The notes below the pieces were generated by a model. It ran no database searches and was not told where the DNA came from. It worked only from the letters and a program-made list of their open reading frames with translations. Positions 10,442 to 19,677 of a stretch of DNA of 64,000 nt are shown piece by piece. The stretch comes from Candidatus Nomurabacteria bacterium. GTDB lineage: Bacteria; Patescibacteriota; Saccharimonadia; Saccharimonadales; JAGQNJ01. A program made the translations under genes and the position numbers. The stretch lies in contig CP060231.1 of NCBI GenBank assembly GCA_023898625.1, positions 609,890-673,889 of the forward strand. Reading direction: 5' to 3'. Numbering within the stretch: the first letter of the stretch is position 1; every line of letters starts with the position of its first letter.

Positions 10442-10487
10442 CAAGCATTATTATATAGATATACGTAAACAGGTGGATTGATACAGG

Positions 10488-11075
10488 GTGGAACTTTGGC
10501 AGTTATTACTGATTATCGGAACTTTACTTGCAACCATGGTTGCCTTTGTTTGGACCGCCATAAAACTAAGTTCAATTAACCAGCCTAACACAGGAACGCA
10601 TCGTACTAACGCTACCGAAGCTGTAAATTTGGCTGTGAATCAAGCCTTTACAGATGATTTTCGTGAAGAGTTACGACAACGTGCTCGTCAACAATTTGAA
10701 AAGTTGATACACGAAAATGCTATGTTTTTGCAACAAGATATTAGAATGAGCGCTTCACAACTCGAAGATTTTATGAAGCGTGAGATATTTGCGACTCTCC
10801 AGCAAGAATTAGCCAAACATCATGAAGCAGTTTCACAGACCAGGCAAATGTTATCTGATTCGGTTGCAAAAAGCCAGGCAGAATTAAACAGTCAAATAAA
10901 TTCCGAAAAGGAAAGGCGAATCAAAGAATTAGATACTCAAATCTCTGAAATTGTAAAGAAATATGTTGTAACTGCTGTTGGCGACATAATGACCACAGAA
11001 CAACAAGTTGCATTAATCGTGGATGGCTTAAATGCCCAAAAAGCAAATATTATGGAGGACATTCGGCGTGTCTAA
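10488..11075 (+). CDS. Hypothetical N-terminally membrane-anchored coiled-coil protein
   Basis: 195 aa. N-terminal TM (LLLIIGTLLATMVAFVWTAI) followed by a charged helical region. AGGTGGA upstream of the GTG start. Confidence 0.55.
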   Translation: MELWQLLLIIGTLLATMVAFVWTAIKLSSINQPNTGTHRTNATEAVNLAVNQAFTDDFREELRQRARQQFEKLIHENAMFLQQDIRMSASQLEDFMKREIFATLQQELAKHHEAVSQTRQMLSDSVAKSQAELNSQINSEKERRIKELDTQISEIVKKYVVTAVGDIMTTEQQVALIVDGLNAQKANIMEDIRRV

Positions 11076-11604
11076 TGACCAGCCTCCAAAGCTATTAGTA
11101 TTGCCAAGTTTTATTGTGTCAAAATCAGAAGTTCATCGATTGTTGTCCGAGCTACTTCAGATAGAAGACTTTTTATATAAAGCAGGTAATCGACAACCAG
11201 GCAGTAAATTATCTCTGCCTAAAACTACCGATGATTTAGATAAGTTTGCCGAAGCAAACAAAAGAAATGTCTTAAATCATGGACAAAGGATTGAAATGGC
11301 TAGATTTTTACGAGCAGTTTATAAATACGCTCCTGAGATAGGTGTAATTTTGCCATCTGGTTCAAACTCGAAGATACTAGACGGTATTACAAAATGGTTT
11401 AGGCAAAATATACATGCTCAGACTTTATTGGTAAGGTCAACGCAAAATAGACTCTCTGGAGGAGCAATTATCAGAATAAAACATAAAAGCTACGATTTTA
11501 GTTTGAATAATAGATTTACGTCAAATGATAATTTGTTGATTCGAGAATTATCTAATCACCCAAAACAAACTCAGAAATCAGACTCAAGAGCGAACTATTC
11601 ATAG
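11032..11604 (+). CDS. Hypothetical protein
   Basis: 190-aa ORF. The more likely start is GTG 11068, giving an 8-nt overlap with the upstream stop. No secure family assignment. Confidence 0.5.
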   Translation: MPKKQILWRTFGVSNDQPPKLLVLPSFIVSKSEVHRLLSELLQIEDFLYKAGNRQPGSKLSLPKTTDDLDKFAEANKRNVLNHGQRIEMARFLRAVYKYAPEIGVILPSGSNSKILDGITKWFRQNIHAQTLLVRSTQNRLSGGAIIRIKHKSYDFSLNNRFTSNDNLLIRELSNHPKQTQKSDSRANYS

Positions 11605-11633
11605 ATAATACCACCTCTGTTATAATATAATTC

Positions 11634-12686
11634 GTGAATCAGAACAACACTACCGTATATGTTGGCTTGAGTGGTGGAGTAGACTCGAGCGTATCGGCTA
11701 TGCTTTTGAAAGAGCAGGGGTTTAATGTCGTTGGTGTATATATGAAAAATTGGACAAAAAATCTACCAGGCTTTGAATGTCCATGGAAGGAAGATTTTCA
11801 AGACGCCAAGCGAATCGCAGTGCAACTTGGTATAGATTTCAAGGTATTCGACTTCGAGTCTCAGTATAAACAAAAGGTTGTCGATTATATGATAGCGGAA
11901 TACCAGGCTGGTAGGACACCAAACCCAGACATTATGTGCAACCAAGAAGTTAAGTTTAAGCTTTTCCTAGAAACTGCGCTAGCCGATGGCGCAGACATGA
12001 TTGCAACCGGGCACTACGCAAAAACTGAAAATGGCAAGTTGATGATCGCAAAGGATGATAATAAAGACCAGACATATTTTCTATACAGAGTTAACACCGA
12101 CGCATTACAAAAAACCATCTTTCCATTAGGTGACCTTACAAAAAATGAAGTTAGGCAATTGGCTAAGAATCATAAATTAGTAACCGCTAAAAAAAAGGAA
12201 AGTATGGGGATTTGTTTTGTTGGTAAAGTTGGCATTAAGGAATTTCTCGGTCAGTATGTAAAATCTGAGAGAGGTAATATAATCAATGAGGAAGGTAAGA
12301 TTGTTGGTGAACATGATGGGGCGATTTATTACACCATAGGCCAGAGGCATGGATTAGATATCGGAGGCGGGCTACCCTATTATGTTGTTGGTAAAGATAT
12401 GAACAAGAATGAGGTTTATGTTACTACCGACTTAAACGATCGACGTCTATGGAAAGATAAGCTAAAGTTAACGAATGTTCACTGGATCAACGGTATCCCA
12501 GACAAGCTTAATGTATTGGTTCGCACTCGTCATCGCGCACCACTAGTCTCTGGATTAATAGATTATGATAGTTCGAATAATTCACTCTCGGTGGCCTTAA
12601 ATAAGGAAGTTCGTGCCGTAACTCCTGGACAGTCAGCAGTAATTTATCAGGATGGTATCGTTCTGGGTGGTGGAATAATATATTAA
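11634..12686 (+). CDS. mnmA: tRNA 2-thiouridine(34) synthase MnmA
   Basis: 350 aa. PP-loop VGLSGGVDSSVSA, TPNPDIMCN, ATGHYA, KDQTYFLY. GTG start is 7 nt after TATAAT (11621-11626). Confidence 0.92.
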   Translation: MNQNNTTVYVGLSGGVDSSVSAMLLKEQGFNVVGVYMKNWTKNLPGFECPWKEDFQDAKRIAVQLGIDFKVFDFESQYKQKVVDYMIAEYQAGRTPNPDIMCNQEVKFKLFLETALADGADMIATGHYAKTENGKLMIAKDDNKDQTYFLYRVNTDALQKTIFPLGDLTKNEVRQLAKNHKLVTAKKKESMGICFVGKVGIKEFLGQYVKSERGNIINEEGKIVGEHDGAIYYTIGQRHGLDIGGGLPYYVVGKDMNKNEVYVTTDLNDRRLWKDKLKLTNVHWINGIPDKLNVLVRTRHRAPLVSGLIDYDSSNNSLSVALNKEVRAVTPGQSAVIYQDGIVLGGGIIY

Positions 12687-12755
12687 TGCTAATGTAGTAT
12701 TTATTTTGAGAGTAGTATATCATAGACTCATTAAGTAAATATTTCTGGAGGGAAA

Positions 12756-13175
12756 ATGGGTATCATAGATTCAATAAAAGGCTTATTCGGTGGAGCAAAA
12801 AATACAGCTGATACGGTTGTTGGTCAGGCACAAGACGTAGCGGGTGATGCTATCGATAGCGGAAAGAACATAGCAAACAATGCTGGTAATGTAGCAAAAG
12901 ATGTTGCTGGTGGTGTTGTTGATACGGCAAAGAATGTTGGCTCGACTACGGCAGGAGTTGTTGGGGATGTCGCAAGCACAACTGGAGATGTTGCCGGTAA
13001 AGTAGCTGGTGGTGTTGGCGATGTTGCTAACACAGTTGGTGATGTAGCGGGCAGTGTGGCTAGTGGGGCTGGTGATGTTGCAAAAGATGTTGCTTCAGGT
13101 GCAGGTCAGGCAGTTAGTGGCGTTGCTGATGGTGTTCAGAATATTGCCGAAGATATCCAAGAAAAACTGAAGTAG
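12756..13175 (+). CDS. Small Gly/Asp/Val/Ala-rich repeat protein (hypothetical)
   Basis: 139 aa built of reiterated GDVA/KDVA(G/S)G units. Strong SD GGAGGG 5 nt upstream of the ATG. Confidence 0.6.
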   Translation: MGIIDSIKGLFGGAKNTADTVVGQAQDVAGDAIDSGKNIANNAGNVAKDVAGGVVDTAKNVGSTTAGVVGDVASTTGDVAGKVAGGVGDVANTVGDVAGSVASGAGDVAKDVASGAGQAVSGVADGVQNIAEDIQEKLK

Positions 13176-13208
13176 ATAGCCTCTGTTTACTGGTATAATA
13201 GGCAGGTT

Positions 13209-15095
13209 ATGAATGCACAACAAATCCGAAAAGCTTATTTAGAATTTTTCAAAAATCGTGAACATGCTCAGATCCCTAGGGCGCTATTGGTTCCGTATAA
13301 TGACCCAACCACCCTTTTTACTGGTAGCGGAATGCAACCACTCATACCATATCTATTGGGAGAATCTCACCAGAGCGGTACTAGGTTAGTTAATAGTCAG
13401 ACTTGTCTGCGAGCTCAAGACATCGATGATGTTGGCGATAATCGTCATACCACCTTTTTTGAAATGCTTGGCAACTGGAGCTTGGGTGATTACTTCAAGG
13501 AGCAACAAATTCGTTGGTTCTTTGAGTTTTTGGTTGACGTTGTTGGCCTGGATCCTACCAAGATATATGTAACTTGCTTTATTGGTAGCGAAAAAGATGG
13601 AATCCCAAGGGACGATGAAGCGGCAAAGATCTGGCAGGAGCTTTTTCAGGGCAAGGGCGTAAAGGCACAGATTGTCGAAATTGGCAGTCAGGCGGATGGT
13701 GACAAGCGTGGCATTAAACCAGGCGAGCGCATCTTTTTCTACGATGATGGAGAAAACTGGTGGAGTCGTGGTGGCGGTTTGGCGAAGACGCCGATCGGTG
13801 ACCCATGCGGTCCGGACAGTGAAGTGTTTTATGATTTTGGTGAGCAAAATCATGCAGATGGGTATGGATTGGCTCATCCTGCGAGTGATTCTGGCCGGTT
13901 TATGGAAATAGGCAATCAGGTGTTTATGCAGTATCGTCGTACAGAAGTTGGGTTTGAACCACTTGCTAAGCCAAATGTCGACTTTGGCGGTGGACTAGAG
14001 CGAATCGGAGCTGCAGCTATTGATAGTCCAGATGTTTTTAAGATAAGCATAATGTGGCCAATCATCGAAAAGTTACAAGAAATTAGTGGCAAGACATACG
14101 AGAGCCATACCGCAAGCATGCGAGTGATTGCCGATCATTTGCGCGCATCGACATTCTTGGCGGTTGATGGTGTAAAGCCTAGCAACAAAGAGCAGGGTTA
14201 TGTGATGCGACGCTTGGTGCGCAGAGCGGTTCGTTTTGCCTTTGAGCTGGGGATTGAGCAGAATTTTTTGCAAGAAATTGTGCCAGTTATAACAAGTTTA
14301 TACCAGGATGACTATCCAGAAGTGGCCGAGAAACGACAAGAAGTTGTTGATGTACTGGTGCGCGAAGAAAAGGCGTTTCGTCAGACTTTGCGCAAGGGCA
14401 TTCGAGAATTTGATAAGCTGACTGAAGGTGGATTGACCGGCAAAGAAATATTTACCCTATATGACACTTACGGCTTCCCAGTAGAACTTAGTGTAGAAGA
14501 AGCGTTCAAACAAGACATTCGTGTTTCGGATAATTGGCGAGAAGTGTTTGATAAACTAATGAAAGAACAACGTGAACGTTCACAGACTGCTTCAAAGGGG
14601 ACTTTCAGGGGTGGCTTAGGTGGTCAGACTTTGCAACATAAGAAGTACCACACCGCTACGCACCTGATGTATCAAGCACTGCGAGATGTGCTCGGCGACC
14701 ACGTTATTCAGAGGGGTAGCAACATCACCGAAGAGCGTCTACGATTCGACTTTAGTCACCCAGAAAAGGTAACCAGAGAACAGTTGGACGCTGTGGAGCA
14801 AATTGTCAATGACCAGATAGCCAAAGACTTAAAAGTATCCTGGGCAGAGTATCCAACAGCCGAAGCGACGGGCAAACTGGGAGCTCTGGGTCAGTTTGGT
14901 GATCGTTATGGCGATACGGTGAAGGTCTATAAAATGATTGCCGACGGCGCAGAAAAGCCATTTAGTTTTGAGATTTGTGGTGGCCCACATGTTGATCATA
15001 CCTTGCAATTGTTCGAGGGAAACAAGCGATTTAAGATTACTAAAGAAGAGTCTTCATCGGCTGGCGTACGTCGTATCAAAGCTGTGCTCCAGTAG
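13209..15095 (+). CDS. alaS: Alanine--tRNA ligase, short form (no C-terminal C-Ala/DHHA1-like domain)
   Basis: 628 aa. FTGSGMQPL, RHTTFFEMLGNWSLGDYFK catalytic-core motifs. Editing-domain HTATHLMYQALRDVLG and CGGPHV. The ORF ends right after the editing domain. Confidence 0.9.
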   Translation: MNAQQIRKAYLEFFKNREHAQIPRALLVPYNDPTTLFTGSGMQPLIPYLLGESHQSGTRLVNSQTCLRAQDIDDVGDNRHTTFFEMLGNWSLGDYFKEQQIRWFFEFLVDVVGLDPTKIYVTCFIGSEKDGIPRDDEAAKIWQELFQGKGVKAQIVEIGSQADGDKRGIKPGERIFFYDDGENWWSRGGGLAKTPIGDPCGPDSEVFYDFGEQNHADGYGLAHPASDSGRFMEIGNQVFMQYRRTEVGFEPLAKPNVDFGGGLERIGAAAIDSPDVFKISIMWPIIEKLQEISGKTYESHTASMRVIADHLRASTFLAVDGVKPSNKEQGYVMRRLVRRAVRFAFELGIEQNFLQEIVPVITSLYQDDYPEVAEKRQEVVDVLVREEKAFRQTLRKGIREFDKLTEGGLTGKEIFTLYDTYGFPVELSVEEAFKQDIRVSDNWREVFDKLMKEQRERSQTASKGTFRGGLGGQTLQHKKYHTATHLMYQALRDVLGDHVIQRGSNITEERLRFDFSHPEKVTREQLDAVEQIVNDQIAKDLKVSWAEYPTAEATGKLGALGQFGDRYGDTVKVYKMIADGAEKPFSFEICGGPHVDHTLQLFEGNKRFKITKEESSSAGVRRIKAVLQ

Positions 15096-15098
15096 CAA

Positions 15099-15893
15099 CT
15101 ATTCATTTACGGTAACTTTGAGAGATTTGATCATCGAGATAAATTCGGGGTCATCACTTATGTCAGAATATCTAGTAACTCTCTGATTCGCTTTTTTGCT
15201 TATTATAGATACATCAAGTTCGTTTTCTGAGTCACCTAACTTGCCAACCATAGTATAGTACCCGATTTTGCTTGAACAAACATCCGTACCACTTGAACCA
15301 ACATCTTTGTTTTCAATATTAAAGTCGGTAGTATCTATTCCAATACCGGATTCCGGATAATCAGGTGCCGTTGTTGTGTATTCCGAAAAATATAGTCCTG
15401 GCGTAGAGGTTGCGATTTTCTGAGTTAAAGTAAAAGTATAATTATCCGGAGTACAATCACCACCATAACCAAGATTGCCCTTAATTGATAAATTGTTGCC
15501 TTTAGGTGAAGTTATGGTGGTATCAGGGAGATTAAATTCGTTGGGTTTTTCTAGAACCGTCCATGTCGAAGGATGGGTAACCTCAACAGTTGTAACTCCT
15601 TGATTAACCTTTGTTATTTTTGTTGAGGATACCTCACTGGAGTGGGGCGATTCTTTACTACCCCCGATATGGGATACTTGATTCGAAGCAATAATCAGGG
15701 CAATTAAAACAATAGAACCTAAAATTATTGTCATCACAACAGCAACCACAATCGCAATTATCAGCTTTTTATTTGAATGTTTATTTGAGGTTTGCGCCTC
15801 TTGTATTAAGCCAGGGGTATCTGGTGTTGGCATCGGTTGTTGAGGTTCAGGAGTTCGGCTATTAATGTCTTCTTGATGTTGTTGTAGATCCAT
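15099..15893 (-). CDS. Hypothetical membrane-anchored protein
   Basis: 264 aa. Pro/Gln-rich N-terminus, one TM (LIIAIVVAVVMTIILGSIVLIALIIA), extracytoplasmic remainder. Confidence 0.6.
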   Translation of the reverse strand: MDLQQHQEDINSRTPEPQQPMPTPDTPGLIQEAQTSNKHSNKKLIIAIVVAVVMTIILGSIVLIALIIASNQVSHIGGSKESPHSSEVSSTKITKVNQGVTTVEVTHPSTWTVLEKPNEFNLPDTTITSPKGNNLSIKGNLGYGGDCTPDNYTFTLTQKIATSTPGLYFSEYTTTAPDYPESGIGIDTTDFNIENKDVGSSGTDVCSSKIGYYTMVGKLGDSENELDVSIISKKANQRVTRYSDISDDPEFISMIKSLKVTVNE

Positions 15894-16035
15894 TTGTTTA
15901 TTTTAGCATAAACACGAAGCCTTAAAATTGATACCCTAACTTGAAAAAATGAACGATCGTGTATTATTGTCGAAATAGAGTGTATAATGAACAAAAGATG
16001 TTAATAAAAAAAGATAAGTAGTAGGTCTGAACATA

Positions 16036-16260
16036 ATGCATTTAGGTACTATTTATGTTGGCAAAAATAATAGCTCATGTGAGATAGTTGTTTTTCCTGA
16101 AACCACAGATACCATAGAGCGTACAACAGAAGCTATTAGGGATGCGGGTTTTCTAGTGGAAGCAGAAGCACCATATATTGGTAATATTGCAATTCGTTTT
16201 AATGAGGATAAAACTCTCCAGGATCTACAGGGTATGATTACCGGAGAAATTATCTCTTAA
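16036..16260 (+). CDS. Hypothetical small protein (74 aa)
   Basis: ORF only; no motif. Confidence 0.35.
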   Translation: MHLGTIYVGKNNSSCEIVVFPETTDTIERTTEAIRDAGFLVEAEAPYIGNIAIRFNEDKTLQDLQGMITGEIIS

Positions 16261-16311
16261 GGGAAAAGTTGTTTTAGAGTACGACAGGACAGTGTTATAC
16301 TGGTTATACTT

Positions 16312-17610
16312 ATGCTTGATAAGTTCAAGAAGATAAAGGTTCCCAAAATACCAAAGTCTAATAAAAACGTGCCTAAACGTAAACCAGAACGTTATGTTGT
16401 TGGGCTTGATATAGGTACAGAGTATGTAAAGGCTCTTATAGCTAAGGTAGAAAACAATCAAGCTGAGATAATTGGCATGGGAAGAGCACATCAACAACTT
16501 GGTGATATGCAGGCCGGGGCAATTGCAGATATATCTGCTGTTGTTGGCAATTGCGATACGGCACTTGCTCAAGCAGAACAGCAAGCAGGGCTAAGCGCCA
16601 GGACTGTTGTTATTGGTATTGCTGGTGAGCTAGTAAAGGGGACAACCACGACTGTCAGATATAGACGAAATCAGTCAAGTAGAGAGCTAACAATAGATGA
16701 AGTTGAACGAATAATAAAAAAAGTTCAAGAACGTGCCGAGCAAAAAGCTCGCGATAGTTTGGCCTGGGAATTAGGTGGCAAGCAAGTGGATATCCGTTTA
16801 GTAAATAGCGCTCTGGTGAGTATAGAAATTGATGGCTATAAAGTAACTAATCCTGTTGGATTTCAAGGTAGGGATGTCGTAGTTCAGTTATATACCGCAT
16901 TTGCTCCGTTAGTCCACATTGGCGCACTTGAACGAACAGCACAAGAATTAGATCTTGATTTGCTGGCGGTTGCCGCTGAACCTTTTGCAGTTGCTAGGTC
17001 GGTGATTGGTGATGATACCGGCTCCAATAAAAGTGCCATCTTGATGGATGTGGGTGGTGGCACAACAGACATTGCTGTAATAAACGACGGAGGAGTTCAA
17101 GGAACAAAGATGTTTGGAATTGGCGGTCGGGCCTTTACGAGGTCTGTCGAGCGTGAACTTGGTGTAGAGTTTGGGGAGGCTGAGGAATTAAAAACAGGCC
17201 TAACAACACACCAAACTTCTGGAGATAAGGCCAAAGAAGTTCAACAAGCGCTCGTAAAAACACTTGGAGTCTGGACTCACGGAGTTGAGCTGGCACTAAG
17301 TGAATTTGATAACGTGGACAATCTACCTCAACGTGTATTGCTTTGTGGTGGTGGTTCATCTTTATCGTTGATTCCAGCACGGCTCAGCAAAACCAAGTGG
17401 TATAAAGACCTACCTTTCACCAAACAGCCAATTATTCAGCATATCAATCCTGATCAGGTAGTTGGTATTACAGATAGTACCGGCAAGGTCAATGATCATA
17501 CCTATATTACTGCATTGGGTTTAGTAAGAGTTGGCATTGACTCACTTCAGCAAGGAAATAATGATCAAGATTCAATTAAAGCAAGAATTGATAGGATGCT
17601 TAAGGTATAA
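16312..17610 (+). CDS. ftsA: Actin-like ATPase of the FtsA/PilM family (FtsA-like)
   Basis: 432 aa. GLDIGTEYVKALIA (phosphate 1), DVGGGTTDIAV (phosphate 2), LCGGGSSL (adenosine), C-terminal amphipathic IKARIDRMLKV resembling an FtsA membrane-targeting helix. Confidence 0.65.
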   Translation: MLDKFKKIKVPKIPKSNKNVPKRKPERYVVGLDIGTEYVKALIAKVENNQAEIIGMGRAHQQLGDMQAGAIADISAVVGNCDTALAQAEQQAGLSARTVVIGIAGELVKGTTTTVRYRRNQSSRELTIDEVERIIKKVQERAEQKARDSLAWELGGKQVDIRLVNSALVSIEIDGYKVTNPVGFQGRDVVVQLYTAFAPLVHIGALERTAQELDLDLLAVAAEPFAVARSVIGDDTGSNKSAILMDVGGGTTDIAVINDGGVQGTKMFGIGGRAFTRSVERELGVEFGEAEELKTGLTTHQTSGDKAKEVQQALVKTLGVWTHGVELALSEFDNVDNLPQRVLLCGGGSSLSLIPARLSKTKWYKDLPFTKQPIIQHINPDQVVGITDSTGKVNDHTYITALGLVRVGIDSLQQGNNDQDSIKARIDRMLKV

Positions 17611-17613
17611 TAA

Positions 17614-19278
17614 TTGACGATGAGTTCTGCAAATCAAAAAGATACGATATATATTGACGTAGACGAAGAGATAACTTCTATTGTTGACAAGGTTGCCAAC
17701 AGTAAATCAAAAATCGTGGCTCTTGTTTTGCCAAAAAGAGCTGTTGTGTTGCAGAGTATTGTAAACATGAAGTTACTAAAACGAGCGTCTGACGATGCTG
17801 GCAAGAGGATTGTTTTGATTACTTCTGAACAAGGTGTGGTGCCATTAGCTGGTGCAGTCGGTGTTTATGTTGCAAAGAACCTGCAATCTAAGCCAGAAAT
17901 ACCACCAGCACCAGAAGGACCAACCAGTGATGATGAACTGCTTGAATCAGAAGATGTTCAGCCAGAAGTCATCGATCAATCAAAGACGGTTGGTGAGTTG
18001 TCGGGTGACGAGGAAGCCGTTTTTGAGTCGGAATCTCCTCTAGAGTCGTCTGAGTCAAAAAAATCTAAAAACAAGTCAAGTACTTCAAAAAAATCTAAAA
18101 AAGACAAAAAAAACAAAGTTCCAAATTTTGACTCATTTAGAAAAAGGGTGATAATTGGTGCGATAGTTGTTTGCGGATTGTTAGCCTTAGCATATTTTGC
18201 ATTCTTTATTGCCCCCAAGGCTACCCTAACTATTGTTACCGAAACATCAACAACAAATAGTTCTATAGATTTTACAGCCTCACCTTCAGCTCAAGCTAGC
18301 GATATAGATAAAGCAATTTTATCCGCAAAAGAAGTAGAAGAGTCCAAAAATGATACCCAAAAGGCGCCGGCAACCGGCCAAAAAGATCTAGGCGCAAAGG
18401 CAACGGGTAGCGTTGCTTTATCGATATCTTGTGGTTCAGTTTCTGGTTTACCTCCAACTATTCCAGCTGGTACCGGCGTAAGTACAGGTAGCCTAACCTA
18501 TATTACAAACAGCTCAACATCTCTAACCACACCTAGTTTTAGTGGAGGCTGTAAGTTTGTTTCTACGGTAGTGGTGACTGCTCAAGCAAATGGTGAGCAA
18601 TATAACATTGATAGCGGAAAGACATTTACAGTTGCAGGATTCTCTTCTGTTACTGGTTCAAATTCATCAGCCTTTACTGGAGGGTCATCAAAAGTAGCCA
18701 AAGTTGTCAGTCAGCAGGATGTAGATTCAGCCAAACAAAAATTAACGGATAACTCTCAAGAAGTCAAAGAAAACTTAAAAAAACAACTCGAGTCATCTGG
18801 CTATTATGCATTGGTTGATACCTTTACCACCAAGTCTGATAAGGTTACCGTGAGTCCTGAGGTTGGCCAAGAAGCGTCAGAAGTGACAGTAACAGCCGAA
18901 AGAACTTATACGATGCTCGGAGTGAAAAATGATGACCTAAAGGCGCTTGTAGAGCATAGCGTTCAAGATGAACTAAATAGTAAAAGTATGCAAATTCAAG
19001 AAGATGGAGTTGACCAGGCTGTGTTCAGGGTTGGGACCCGCCAAAGCAATGGTGACATGACAGTTACTATGCAAACACAGGTGGTTATGGGGCCAAAGAT
19101 AAATGAGGAACAAGTCAAGAAGGACATTGCCGGTAAAAAACGAGGTGATGCACAAGATGCAGTAAAACAGATTGATGGCGTTAAGGATGCCAGAGTAGAG
19201 TTTAGTCCATTTTGGGTTAACGTTGTTCCAAAAGATACTAATAAGATAACCATCAAGTATGAAGAGGCAAATAATTAG
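17614..19278 (+). CDS. Hypothetical bitopic membrane protein (cytoplasmic N-domain, acidic/Lys-rich linker, one TM, large external domain)
   Basis: 554-aa ORF. ATG 17620 is the more likely start (8 nt after TATAAT 17606-17611). TM IIGAIVVCGLLALAYFAFFIA. Stop overlaps the ruvX GTG by 1 nt. Confidence 0.65.
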   Translation: MTMSSANQKDTIYIDVDEEITSIVDKVANSKSKIVALVLPKRAVVLQSIVNMKLLKRASDDAGKRIVLITSEQGVVPLAGAVGVYVAKNLQSKPEIPPAPEGPTSDDELLESEDVQPEVIDQSKTVGELSGDEEAVFESESPLESSESKKSKNKSSTSKKSKKDKKNKVPNFDSFRKRVIIGAIVVCGLLALAYFAFFIAPKATLTIVTETSTTNSSIDFTASPSAQASDIDKAILSAKEVEESKNDTQKAPATGQKDLGAKATGSVALSISCGSVSGLPPTIPAGTGVSTGSLTYITNSSTSLTTPSFSGGCKFVSTVVVTAQANGEQYNIDSGKTFTVAGFSSVTGSNSSAFTGGSSKVAKVVSQQDVDSAKQKLTDNSQEVKENLKKQLESSGYYALVDTFTTKSDKVTVSPEVGQEASEVTVTAERTYTMLGVKNDDLKALVEHSVQDELNSKSMQIQEDGVDQAVFRVGTRQSNGDMTVTMQTQVVMGPKINEEQVKKDIAGKKRGDAQDAVKQIDGVKDARVEFSPFWVNVVPKDTNKITIKYEEANN

Positions 19279-19673
19279 TGAGTACAACAATTCTGGCGTT
19301 GGATATCGGTGAACGTAAAATTGGTATCGCACGGGCAAATAACATCGCAAAGATTGCAGAGCCGTTAACTACGCTCATAAATGATGAGACCTTTCCAGAG
19401 AAGCTTGAGGATATAATTAGCAAGGAAAATGCTGGTTTGATAGTCGTTGGGCTTCCAAGGGGGCTAGAAGGACAAGATACTCAACAGACAAAGTATGTTA
19501 AGGATTTTATGGACGGGATTGACCTAGCTATCCCATTTAGATTTCAAGACGAGGCCCTAACTTCAGTTAAGGCAGAAGAAAGATTATCGAAAAATAGTAA
19601 AAGTTATACAAAACATGATATTGATTCAAATGCCGCATCGATAATACTCGAAGACTATTTGTTGGAGAACTAG
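19278..19673 (+). CDS. ruvX: Holliday-junction resolvase-like nuclease RuvX/YqgF
   Basis: 131 aa. ILALDIGERKIGIA, VVGLPRGLEG, SVKAEE, DSNAASIILEDYL. Confidence 0.88.
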   Translation: MSTTILALDIGERKIGIARANNIAKIAEPLTTLINDETFPEKLEDIISKENAGLIVVGLPRGLEGQDTQQTKYVKDFMDGIDLAIPFRFQDEALTSVKAEERLSKNSKSYTKHDIDSNAASIILEDYLLEN

Positions 19674-19677
19674 ATTA

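Noticed and set aside
10488-11604. Possible F-type ATPase b-like (TM + coiled coil) and delta/OSCP-like (..SGGAIIRIKHKSYDFSL..) gene pair.
   Set aside because: The resemblance is only a topology and one short C-terminal motif recalled from memory. No a, c, alpha, gamma, beta or epsilon genes are adjacent. Both are kept as hypothetical proteins.
16225-16584. Minus-strand ORF 16225-16584 overlapping the ftsA-like start. Also other antisense ORFs, for example 13386-13877, 31454-31765, 39698-40027 and 58192-58515.
   Set aside because: All are embedded antisense in genes with strong family motifs. The sequences are compositionally odd and have no RBS.
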